Shown here: positions 1 through 10,430 of the stretch, piece by piece
Layout of the letters: every line of letters starts with the position of its first letter
Position numbering within the stretch: position 1 is the stretch's first letter
Origin: Octopus sinensis
Taxonomy: Eukaryota
Length of the DNA stretch: 22,866 bases
Reading direction: 5' to 3'
Assembly (NCBI RefSeq): GCF_006345805.1
Contig: NW_021836757.1
Span: 1 to 22,866 of the forward strand
Program-made: the position numbers and the translations under genes
The notes under the pieces: generated by a model
The model's database searches: none
The model's input: only the letters and a program-made list of their open reading frames with translations
What the model was told of the DNA's origin: nothing

Positions 1-9
1 TGTGTGTGT

Positions 10-52
<43 letters not shown>

Positions 53-80
53 ATATATATATATATATTATATATATATA
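1..80. repeat. (TG)n then (TA)n microsatellite
   Basis: Directly visible; explains ORF 6..215. Confidence 0.97.
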
Positions 81-722
81 ATGATGGAGAGGGGAGAGAT
101 AAAGAGAGTAGAAGGGGAGAGGATGATACGTAGGCGGAGGGGGATGTTGATTGGGACAGATAATGGGAAGAGGTGGTGTTTAAAGAATAAGAACAAGAAC
201 AATAACAACATGTAAATTGAAACACAAGGGCCAAAAAACAAATATAAATAATCAAATATAAATAAAAACAAAGCTAAAAACAAACAACAAGAAAAAATAT
301 AAAAAAAAACAAAACAAGCTGACTGAAGATGAAGGACAGATAGGAGGAACAGCTGATAGACAGGGAGACATAACGGAGAAGACAGGAGGAAGAAAGGACG
401 AAAACGGAGGTAAAAAAGCCGAAGAATGAGAATAAGAACGAGAATATGAAGAATAAAGAAGAAAAAAATAGCGAAAACAAAAGAAAACGAAAACCAACAA
501 GAAGAGGAACACCAACATGAAGAACGCAAGAATACAAAAAAAAAAAAAAAATTGGAACAGAAAAAGGTTAAAACAACAAAAAGTAAAAATAGCTTAGAAT
601 AAGGGTTGTCAGATGTTGCTGGGGCAGAAAGAAGATGATGTGATGGAGAGGGGTTAGGTGTGGGTGTTTTATGGGTGGGTACGTGTGTAAGATAGTTTGA
701 AAGAATGTCTGACCCAGAAAGC

Positions 723-787
<65 letters not shown>
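723..787. repeat. (AAT)n microsatellite
   Basis: About 21 uninterrupted AAT units; source of the poly-Ile in ORFs 68..880 and 705..887. Confidence 0.98.
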
Positions 788-790
788 TCT

Positions 791-992
791 TCTTTCTACT
801 ATAAGCACAAGGCCTGGAAGTTTTGGAGAGAGGGCTAGTGCTGAACGGGTACTTATCTTATCGACCCGGAAAGAATACAAGGTATAGTCGATCTCGACAA
901 CATTTGAACTTAGAAGAGCGTAATTAGCCGGGAGAAATGCTGCTAAACATATTTGTCCGGCGCGGTAACAATTCTGCCAGCTCGCTGCCCTT
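791..992 (-). mobile_element. tRNA-derived SINE, family A (octopus-type), degenerate
   Basis: Reverse complement starts aagggcagcgagctggcagaattgtt (A-box-like) and has ctaagttcaaatg (B-box-like). It shares the gtcgactttgcc / gggtcgataa / gtacc blocks with six other copies in the window. Confidence 0.85.
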
Positions 993-1133
993 ATAACCCA
1001 AATAATATATTAACCAAGTAGTAACATGTGAACAGACCTTTTTTTTCCTCTTTTCCTTTTTACCTCCACCATTTTATTTTATACATAAACAATGTAACAA
1101 CAAGAATACTATTGTTGTGAAGCTGTAGTTATG

Positions 1134-1166
<33 letters not shown>

Positions 1167-1346
1167 ACGCGTGTGTAAAGATGTGTTTGCATACATGCAA
1201 GTAAATTCAAATATACACATTTTTATACCCACACACGCGCGCACACACACATACATGAGCGCGCGTGCGCTTCATACTTCCTAATGTAACTATTTCTATA
1301 TTTCTTGCAGCGTTTCCCCATCCATTAGATTCTATCCTTATATGTA

Positions 1347-1349
<3 letters not shown>

Positions 1350-1390
<41 letters not shown>

Positions 1391-1517
1391 ACACGTTCAT
1401 ACAAACATTCACACACTAATACACACATACTAACACACATGCATACACATTCTCTCTCAAACATACATACACAAAGTCACACACATTCTCTCTCCCTCTC
1501 TCTTTCACACACACGTA

Positions 1518-1548
<31 letters not shown>

Positions 1549-1552
1549 TACA
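1350..1552. repeat. (CA)n-rich compound microsatellite
   Basis: Directly visible; source of the His-Thr ORFs. Confidence 0.95.
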
Positions 1553-1730
1553 CTGTACAAGGTTAGCTAAAATGATTTAAAACATTTTATTTTTATCCTT
1601 ATGTCAGCAGCTTGCATCTATTATTTTAAGTTTGTATAAAAACCATGTACATGGAGGGTCTTTACGAAGTTGTTTTAACAGTTAATATGAATTAACATAA
1701 AGCAGCGAGATTACTAGATTGTATTCTAAA

Positions 1731-1888
1731 GTGGCGGGCTGATAGAATCATTCGCGCTTCGGACGAAATGCTTCCCAGCATTTCTTTCGGCTCTACGTTC
1801 TGAGTTCAAATCTTGCCGATGTCAACTTTGCTTTACAAACTTTCGAGATCGACTTAAAATTGCCGACCTTGTACCAAAATTTGGAATT
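1731..1888 (+). mobile_element. SINE family A, internally deleted
   Basis: ggcgggctgatagaatc head, gagttcaaatc B-box-like motif, gtcaactttgc block, and the ccttgtaccaaaattt end shared with other copies. Confidence 0.85.
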
Positions 1889-2296
1889 AGATTGTGTTCC
1901 GTGTAATGGTAGTAGTGTCACAATAACAGTTAATGTTTGTACACAAGAAAAACTTTAGCTTCCATAGTAATCCTTTCAGTTAAAAATATCACAATATGTT
2001 TAATTAAATATTTTCATAGATGCTGCCACTTGGACAACCTACACTTGGAAATAGTAGAATTTCTTCAGTGAAAGACTGATTTAAAGAAGTTACAATGTGT
2101 AAAGTCACTTGAGATATATAACTATTTTAACAATGCCACATGATACATGGACTCTTACAACAATATGTTTATAATTGTTTGCCATAATGTTATGTAAGAT
2201 ACAAACTACCTCATTAAAATCCACCCAGAATGACAATTTTTCATTTGAAGGTGATACAAAACAGCTCTCCAATGTCAGACAATCTGAAGATCAATT

Positions 2297-2470
2297 CTAC
2301 TGCGCTTTGAGTTCAAATCACGATGAGGTCAACTTTGCCCTCCATCCTTTCAAGATCGATACAGAAAAGCACTAGTCCAAGGCGGAAATGTAAAGACGTC
2401 AGAATAGATGCCTTGCGATATTTGTGCCGGTTCTTTGCGCTCTGAGGTCAAATCCTGCTATGGACTACTT
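2297..2470 (+). mobile_element. SINE family A fragments
   Basis: ttgagttcaaatcacgatgaggtcaactttgccctccatcctttcaagatcgata matches the family A core; a second gaggtcaaatcc head-like piece follows. Confidence 0.7.
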
Positions 2471-3800
2471 GTCTTTTAGACTTATTCTGTCACCCTGGTT
2501 TAACTACAACATTATATGTACTTCAATGATTTTGACAGTGTTCCTTCTATTGCATACATTTAGATCGAGTTTCTAGTTTGAGGGTACCTTGCTCTCTCTC
2601 CCCAATCTTATAGAACCTACAGCATGTAATGGACACTGCCTTCCCTGCTGACAATGAGATTTAAAAAATAACAAAAAAAAATTATTTTCAATGTTATTTT
2701 CAATTAATACTTAAGATATATTTAACATTGGAAAGAATATGGTTTTTTTGTAGTTCTGTTCTTTTGTTTACCATTTGCGAATAATGAATAAATTTTACCT
2801 CTTTTCAGACAAGTAGAAAAAAGAAATGAACGTTTTCGATGAAAAATAAGGAGTAAATTAAGCAGACAAAAATAAATAAATAAATAAATAAATAAATAAC
2901 CGAACGAATTTATCTGACAACACAATGCATCAATGTGTTGCATGACTTTTACAAGACGTGTTGATGGCGTGAAAACTAGGGATAGCTGGTAACGCAAAAA
3001 GTCTTCTCATGAGTCAGTCAAGATGACAACCATCTTCGCTGTGATACAGAAACATCTCATCAATACCATATGAAACAGAAATGAGACAACTATGTTTTCC
3101 GAGGCTTCTATTTAATATTGGTCACGCAGAATTTAAAGAACAGAAGTTCTATAAAACAAGATAATTAATTGACAAAAGAAAATGGACTATATTAAAGTTA
3201 AATTGAACGGTGTTGTTCATTATTTAGGAGCACTGAATATAATGTAATAGATCCCGCTATTTTTATTGATTGGTTTTTAATAAAATGTTTCATTAAAAAT
3301 ATTGACTTGACGGTAGTTGTGAAGCAGACTATAAAAATATTATAAGATGATGCACATGAATATCATGTATATAAAAAAGTACATGTTTATTTATGAGCAA
3401 TTATAAAGCGTGAAAAACATAACGGGGAATTTCCTAACGGGAACTAACACACGCATCATTTACCACGCGAGAAAAAACACGCTAATAATTACACCACATA
3501 GTTTTCTTTGAAATTGAACTTATACACATATTATTAGCAGTGACATTAGCACCCACAATACGGCGTAAGACAACCAAGCCTCTGGTATTATATCATCGAG
3601 ATTTTTTATATTTTAAAATGGCTTCATAACCTTGAATTTTTCAACCACAATTCACTCTGACTGGTATAAAAAGTAATAAATTCATTCTACTGATCCACTC
3701 AACGTACATACATAAACGAACGTACATACATAAACGTACATACATAAACACACACATTACGCGTACGCACTCACGTTTGTGCACCGCGACAAAAATTCAT

Positions 3801-4014
3801 CCAAATTTTGGCACAATGCCCGCAATTTTGTGGGGAGGGGGCGAGTCGATTACATCGGTCCTAGCCCTTGGCTCGTACTTATTTTTATCGATGTCGAAAG
3901 GAGGAATGACAAAGTTGACCTCGGCGGAGTTGAAGGCAGTGTGTATGGAACCGGAAGAAAAACTGCTTGGTAGGCATTTTGTCCAACAAGCTAATGGTTC
4001 TGACAGCTCGCCGC
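3801..4014 (-). mobile_element. SINE family A, near full length
   Basis: ccaaattttggcacaa...gtcgattacatcg...gtacttatttttatcga...aaagttgacctcggcggagttgaa...cagctcgccgc is collinear with 791-992. ORFs 3777..4052 and 3779..3973 are read-throughs of it. Confidence 0.88.
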
Positions 4015-5170
4015 ATTCATTGCAAAAGAAATTATACGGTATACAAAGTTAAACTGCACGATAATATTCCACCTACCTAACTATATTGTGCAGTAATACT
4101 TATTGAAATACAAGGTTCAGCTAATATGCGATTAAAATTATAAAGTAATGGCTTATTTGCACCAACAGTTAGGGGAAGGACGACTTGCAGCATGAAGGAA
4201 GAGTTCTTAGTGATGTTACAAACAATAGATTTGTGAGTCCATTTCATGTTTGTGTGTAATTTTAAATAATACTATGTACTGTGTCAAAAAGTTTCGTTGC
4301 ACTTCTACAAAGTATGTTTATAATATTAACCAGTAGTTTTATAAAAAGATTATAACTAAGTTGATCTAAACGTTTTTGGTAAAAAAAGGTGAATAAAAAA
4401 CAAAAAGACACAATGTAAGTGTATAAATATATTCCCTAGTTTTAAATGATAGTTGTGTTTTATAATTCATTCTACAGATATACTTATGGAAGAGATACAG
4501 ACTTGATGAATGTATTCATTTTCCCACGACTTTAATGCTTAGTTTAGCTTCTCGGAGGATACTCTTAAATCTATTAGTTATTCTCTATTATTGGTCCCCA
4601 CAACGAACATTGCCTTACTCAAACTTAATTGTTAACATATCATGTACTATCTTATTATTTTTTTCTCACTACTCTTCCGAAATTTATTACAATATTGACA
4701 GCATATTCCATCTGGAACCTTTTTATAACTGGGTCAGTGACTAAGATGGCAGCAGTGTTATCTTTTTGACTCTCCTTAATACACAATACTATTAAAAACT
4801 GATCATAAAGTTTATATAACTGTTTCTGTGTGTTCTTAAATGGTGAAAACGACCCTTTGACAATGTAATTATTTTAATTTCAACTCACGGTCTTAGATCA
4901 ATTTACTTGTCAAACATGTACAACTCCGAAATCTTACGTTGTCAAGAGACTCGTTCTACAAGATCTAGAAGAACAGTGAGATCGTACATCCAAAACACTG
5001 TTTTGTTACTCAGATCAATGACTCGTTTCTTATCATTGGAATGAGGCCAAGTCAGTCAGTTCCTGCTGGCTCAGTTCAACTAGTTATCAATAAACGCTAT
5101 AGGTAAAGATTGCATACAGCTTATTGTTATAAGCAATTGAAACAGTGTATAACTGAAAAACTATTTTATT

Positions 5171-5590
5171 GCTGCTGCTGTTGTTGGATGTTGTTAACTC
5201 CAAATCAATCCTGTTCAAGTTGACATATGATCAAAAGGCATTCCAGATGTGACTATCTCATCATTTTAGATGTATATTGGACTACATTAACTAATGTATC
5301 ATTTCCTTGTGGTTGTTGTTGTAGTTGTTTAGTCTTATGTTAGCCTTGTTTAAAGCAGAGCTACGACCAAACGTGTTTCAGCCATGCCCAATTAATTTTT
5401 TTAGGGGCAAAGTGTTATTTCTGTAGTGTTGTCGTAGTTATTTTTATTTAGCTCCAAGAACATTGATCGAGCAAAGAAATTACCGAAGGTGTTTAAATTG
5501 TGACCGCACCATCTTAGGATTGTATGTTGTCTCTTTCTTGAAAATGATAGCGTATGTCTTGAGGAAGATCGAGCTGTTACTTCTAGCTAG
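5171..5590 (-). mobile_element. Three tandem 3' fragments of a (CAA)n-tailed SINE-like repeat (family C)
   Basis: On the minus strand, three related blocks (approx. 5171-5308, 5309-5395, 5420-5590) each end in ...ggagttaacaac / agactaaacaac / ggagctaataaa plus an AAC-rich tail. Confidence 0.7.
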
Positions 5591-5791
5591 AACTGTTTTT
5601 CATTATAGTCTGTTTTGCTATCTCGATTTGTTTTGCTAGCTTGCAGCTCTGAACTCATCCACTCCTATGTGTCTTGAGTAGATAAGAGTGAAACCTCTCT
5701 AGAGTGTATGGTTGCCAGCACATGTACAACTGCCCCCAAAGAGCAGCAGCGAACCAAAGAAGCAACTTCTGTCTGGCCAACTGACTTTCCA

Positions 5792-5843
5792 GAAATTCAT
5801 CTATCAAGGGAAATTCATCTATCTATCAAGAAATTCATCTATC
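5792..5843. repeat. Short tandem repeat, 3 x gaaattcatctatc
   Basis: Exact 14-mer at 5792, 5810 and 5830. Confidence 0.92.
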
Positions 5844-6121
5844 GCGGTTTATCAAGGGTGGGATGTTTGTGTGTAACTGAAATATCTCAGAAATAGTATA
5901 TTTTATACTAATTGTTTTACACATCTATTTTCATACTTACCTTCGGCAGTGTAGTACAAATTTTTTTGACATTTGAACCTCTATTTAAACGATTAAACAA
6001 TTTTTTGTTTGTTATTTGTTGACGGGAAAAGCATGGCTTCCGTGACGTCTACACACATACAGAATACACACATATATAATGAATGTCAATCAACTCAAAC
6101 ACACGTCCGCTATCTGTGACA

Positions 6122-6123
<2 letters not shown>

Positions 6124-6173
<50 letters not shown>
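6124..6173. repeat. (CA)n microsatellite
   Basis: Directly visible. Confidence 0.97.
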
Positions 6174-6176
<3 letters not shown>

Positions 6177-6312
6177 CTTCGCGCTCTCTAAAGAAAAAAA
6201 CCACTGACTTTTTGACGTACACAATATCTTAATCATTTACAAATATTTTTAACTGAATTTAATTTCATCATCCAGAGTTCGTTAATTTCCGTAAAATCTT
6301 TTTATTTATTTA

Positions 6313-6754
6313 CTTTTGTTTTAAAATGAGAGGAGAGATTGTGAAAGATGTATGTACGTGTATATGAAATGGACGTGTGTGTGTGAAAAAGAGAGAGACA
6401 GATAGAGAGAGAGAGAGAAGGGGAGAGAGAAAGAGAGAGAGAGAGAGAGGAAGAGAGAAAGGGAAAGAGAGAGAAAGAGAAAAAGAGAGAGAGAGTTAGT
6501 GAAGGGGTGTGTTGTCATGTATACGCACATAGATCAATACATATGCGTACATCTCTTTTGTATGTACGTGTTCATGTGTGTGAGAGAAAGAGAGAGAGAG
6601 AGAGAGTGTGAGTGAATGAGCGAGTGTCTGTATGTTTGTTTGTCTGTCTGTCTGTCTGTCTCTCTCACTCTTTCTCTCACACACACACACGTCCATTTCA
6701 TATACACGTTCATACATCTTTCACTTTCTCCTCTCTTTCACTTTAAAACAAAAG
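6313..6754. mobile_element. MITE-like element with ~80-bp terminal inverted repeats and TA at both flanks
   Basis: Reverse complement of 6310-6385 matches 6678-6757: about 45 bp with one mismatch (cacacacacacgtccatttcatatacacgt[a/t]catacatctttcac) plus an exact terminal tttaaaacaaaagtaa. Interior is (GA)n/(GTCT)n. Confidence 0.8.
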
Positions 6755-6912
6755 TAACAGGTGATTTTCAGGATAAAAACTGTTACAAAAAAAACAAAAA
6801 AACAAAAATAGCTTCTACTCATGTAAATTGATTATTATTGTTTGGATAGTTCCAATTAAATAAGTCCAGAATTCCCATTCTACAAACTGGCAAACATTTC
6901 CGTGAATACTTT

Positions 6913-6940
6913 ACCGAGCAACGTTGGGCAGTAAGTCTAG
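6913..6940 (+). mobile_element. Helitron-like 3' terminus
   Basis: accgagcaacgttgggcagtaagtCTAG followed by T: imperfect GC-rich stem-loop about 10 nt upstream of CTRR|T, the known Helitron end pattern. No 5' end identified. Confidence 0.5.
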
Positions 6941-6985
6941 TATAGTGTTAAAAAGCACAGAAATGTGTCAACAGCAGATGAAAAT

Positions 6986-7817
6986 ATGTTGAAAAGTAGT
7001 AAGAATGGTAAGTGTGAGTATTGTCAAATTGGAGGGTGACTGACTAGGTTTAGAAGAGTGATTATTTGGTGCTGAGTAGGGGGTTACGATGCGAGGTGTA
7101 GGTATTTAGGTAAACAATTAGGTGCGATCAAGCAAGGTGATTGGTAGAATATGGATATTGGGTAGAGTGGGATGGGGCGTTAAGTGGTTGCTTCGTTTGG
7201 ATTTAGCAGACAAGTAGATTTATGGTTAAGTATATGAATGGAAATAGGAAAAGCATAACAGGGAAAATTAAATAGGTTTATTGTGTGAAAATAACCGCGT
7301 ATGCAGGGGGTGTTTTTAGTGGGGTTAACGAGGTAAGTTGTGTATATATGGATATGTGAATGCAAATCACGAGACAAGCCAGGAATGTGAGATAAATTGT
7401 GACAGCAGTGTAATAGTGTGAAGATGGTGGAATTCTAGCTTATATTTAGTAGGGTGTGTAGACAGAATCTTGTACACATATGATCCTAGTCACCAACGTG
7501 AGCCCCCCACAGTTATTTTCAATTATTTTAAAGCATTCTAAATTAGCCTTATTTATTTATTTATTGGCATCTATTGTTATTCATATGTTATTCATATGTT
7601 CTTCCATATTCTCTAACATGAATCTACCTGTCTGCTAAATCCATTAGAGCTAACCACTTAAGATATCGTGCCACCAGCACCAGCCCCCATCCCCACCCAA
7701 CATCCATATGCCGCTCATTTCTCGGCTTTCAATAACCTTACATGATCACGTTCAATTGTTTACCCATATCTGCCACTCAGCAAATGCACACAACTACTAT
7801 TCCCGCTGTTTCAACAT
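6986..7817. repeat. Diverged inverted repeat pair (6986-7230 vs 7611-7817), unclassified
   Basis: Reverse complement of 7198-7220 (aatctacttgtctgctaaatcca) matches 7621-7643 at 22/23. Further collinear blocks: aaccacttaa, acccaa[t/c]atccatat, aattgtttacc, actcagca, tttcaacat. Confidence 0.8.
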
Positions 7818-7961
7818 CCCACCACTTTCAGTAGCCCCACAATTCTTCAATCCCGTGACAGTCAACCAAATCCCTCCATATATCATATTCACAAAGTATT
7901 CTTTTGGTCTGAAGCATCACAAAATGAAACTATTAGTCACTGGGATAAATGATCTTTCCAA

Positions 7962-8024
<63 letters not shown>

Positions 8025-8092
8025 TATCATCTATCTATCTATCTATCTATCTTGTCTATCTATCTATCTATCTATCTATCTATATATCTATC

Positions 8093-8137
<45 letters not shown>

Positions 8138-8165
8138 CTATCTGTCTGTCTGTCTGTCTGTCTAC
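7962..8165. repeat. (CTAT)n followed by (GTCT)n
   Basis: Directly visible; source of the SIYL-repeat ORFs. Confidence 0.97.
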
Positions 8166-8877
8166 ATATCTGTTGTCTGTCTGCTGCAGACTGCCGACAT
8201 ACCGCCAACAGACCGTTACAGACCGCCAACATGCAGCTTACGCAAGAGCGTTTATACATCCATATCCGTTAACAGTTATTTTAAATACTTTCCTCGCTCT
8301 ATTGCGTGTTTGTTTCTTTTTTTTTTGCATCTCTTATTTTATTATTGATCTTCTATATAAATGAAAATATATCCTTTTAATTTACTGCTTTTCTTTACAC
8401 GAAATAAGAAAAATACATTGCGGAACTGTTATTTTAACGAGTTATATGTATTTACCACCAGAAGAGACACTGTCGGATACCCTGAACCAATTGTCAAGTT
8501 TACCATCCGTGAGGGATCGATGCTAGATGTGTCGAACAATTGTAGTGATTAATAAAAATTCTTATACTTTCCATCTTCCGTCTTTCCTTTACCACACACA
8601 CATACACACACACAGATACACACGCATACATATATATATGGAGAGAGAGAGAGAGAGAGTTGTATATACATATGTATATCCTCAAGAGAAGAAAAAGAAT
8701 GAAGAGTAATTAATCCCTGAAGAGTGGCTAACCAGGTATGAAACCTTGAGAATAATTTCCGCATTTTTGTTTCTTTTTTTGCTGTGTGAAGAGAATAACT
8801 ATACGCATTTATTTCTAACTAGTTTCTCTAGCAAAAGAGTTAAAACTGTTGTCTAACTGCATAAAATTTATCCCGTA

Positions 8878-8909
<32 letters not shown>

Positions 8910-10124
8910 TATGCGTGTGTGAATGCATTTTGTAGCAACGGAATGGAGTACATGTTATGCTAATTTTTATCGATTAGTTCTTTTATTCCAGCGACTGTAC
9001 TCATAACGTCGGGTTCGGAGAGAAAGAGAGAGAGTTTTGAACTCGTAACCTTAGAAGTGACGATATCAAACACCGAAACGCTTTTCTCTCGTTTCTGTCA
9101 ATTCATATCTTCGCCTGTGCTTCATAAATATAAAATTGCTTTGGAAATGGAGGTAGAGTTTAGTTTCCACAATTCCAGCGTTCACCGAATTATTAACTAG
9201 GCCTCAAAGGCGCCTACGGTGGCATAACCATTTTCTCTCTCTCTCTGTTTTTTTTTTTTTTTTTCAATGTGTACCATCTTTATGTACCATCCCGCAATTC
9301 TCTAAGAACTAGAAGCCTAGCCAATGATTTCTATCTCATTATAAGAGGAAATTTAATACGACACCTGGTTCGTATTAAACACTTTAGATCAGCTGCACTT
9401 CTTTCTTTCTTCATTTTCTACTTATTTATTTATGTGCCTCCCTTTTAAAAAACTGGGTTTTTTTTCTGTGTTGTTTTTCTTCTTTTGCGTGCATTTTCCT
9501 TTAAAGCATCTTTTCCTTCCTGCAAAATTTCCCTCTTTTAATTTAGTTTCTTCCTATAAACTATAACCTAAAACTTGTTTCCTTTAGTGAAGTGAAAAGA
9601 AGAAAAAACGAACAAAAAAAAAAAGATTAAAAAACAACAACAAAAATACAAGTAAACTTGCAAAGGTGGAATGGGTTAATTCCTCATAAATCCTTTAAAG
9701 TAGCTGAGATACCAAGAATAAGAGTGACGTGCAATTCTGGAAAAGAAACCATAACAGATGGAGGGTTTTAACTGTAAAAGAGGACTAACAGAAAATAGTT
9801 ACTTGTTTGGGATACGAAGAAGAAAAAAAATATATAAAGAAATAAAAAAAAAGAAGAAAAACAGAAAACATATGGAGCGTTTATTATTTTCGTTTACTGC
9901 AAAAAAGAATTAATTGGTCTATCCATTCTGTTGAAACTCCACGGAAGGCAATAAATTGTCAGTCTTTAAGAGAAAATATTTTTGGTAAACCCTGAATAAA
10001 GTGTGCTACTTACAAACTCTCGAAATAGAATGAAGCGTCCTTTGACACAATTATAAGCTTTTTTCTCTTCTTTATTCTTTTCTGCTTCTGTCCAGTCATA
10101 GCAAATGTTTATAGTAGTTAAAAA

Positions 10125-10430
10125 CTCAGGCCAACCAATTTTGTAGAGGGAATTTGGTAGACGGAATCTGAAAGAAGCCTGCCGTATACATACATTATAT
10201 ACATGTGTGTGTGTGTGTGTGCCTGTCGACATACACCTGCATGTGAGAGTGTGTCTTTATGTTTGTTTGTCCTATAACGGCTTGACAAACGGTGTTGGTT
10301 TGTTTACGTCTTCGTAAATTAGCGGTTCAGCAAAAGAAGACTGATATAATAAGTACCATACTAAAAACAAAACAAAAAAACAACAACAAATAAGTATTGG
10401 GGGTCGATGTGTTCAATTAAAAAGGCCTAA
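10125..10430 (+). mobile_element. tRNA-derived SINE family B, 5'-truncated and diverged
   Basis: aatttggtagacggaatctgaaagaagcc...(TG)n...gcttgacaaacggtgttggtttgtttacgtc...cagcaaaagaagactgatataataagtac is the reverse-complement counterpart of 16513-16931. Confidence 0.88.

Noticed and set aside
68-880. 270-aa hydrophobic minus-strand ORF
   Set aside because: Antisense shadow of a purine-rich low-complexity tract plus (AAT)n; no domain-like content.
2791-2860. Exon after the strong acceptor ttttacctcttttcAG
   Set aside because: All three frames stop within 11 codons and there is no convincing donor.
5792-5843. CRISPR-like array
   Set aside because: Repeats are 14 bp with 4-6 nt gaps, no unique spacers, and the context is eukaryotic.
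5933-5949. U1 snRNA gene (atacttacct...ggcag)
   Set aside because: Similarity stops after about 15 nt with no U1 body; better read as a minus-strand splice-donor-like motif.
6990-7500. Mitochondrial insertion, suggested by G+T skew
   Set aside because: No mitochondrial protein, rRNA or tRNA pattern recognised in the frames examined.
7708-8364. 218-aa ORF
   Set aside because: Mostly (CTAT)n read as SIYL repeats; the N-terminus lies in an inverted-repeat arm.
9474-9607. 13-bp inverted match tttttcttctttt/aaaagaagaaaaa (and a similar 12-mer at about 18028/18229)
   Set aside because: Low-complexity T-rich versus A-rich sequence; chance matches are expected.
10058-10125. Exon after the long pyrimidine tract ending gtccAG
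   Set aside because: No clear donor; runs straight into a SINE.
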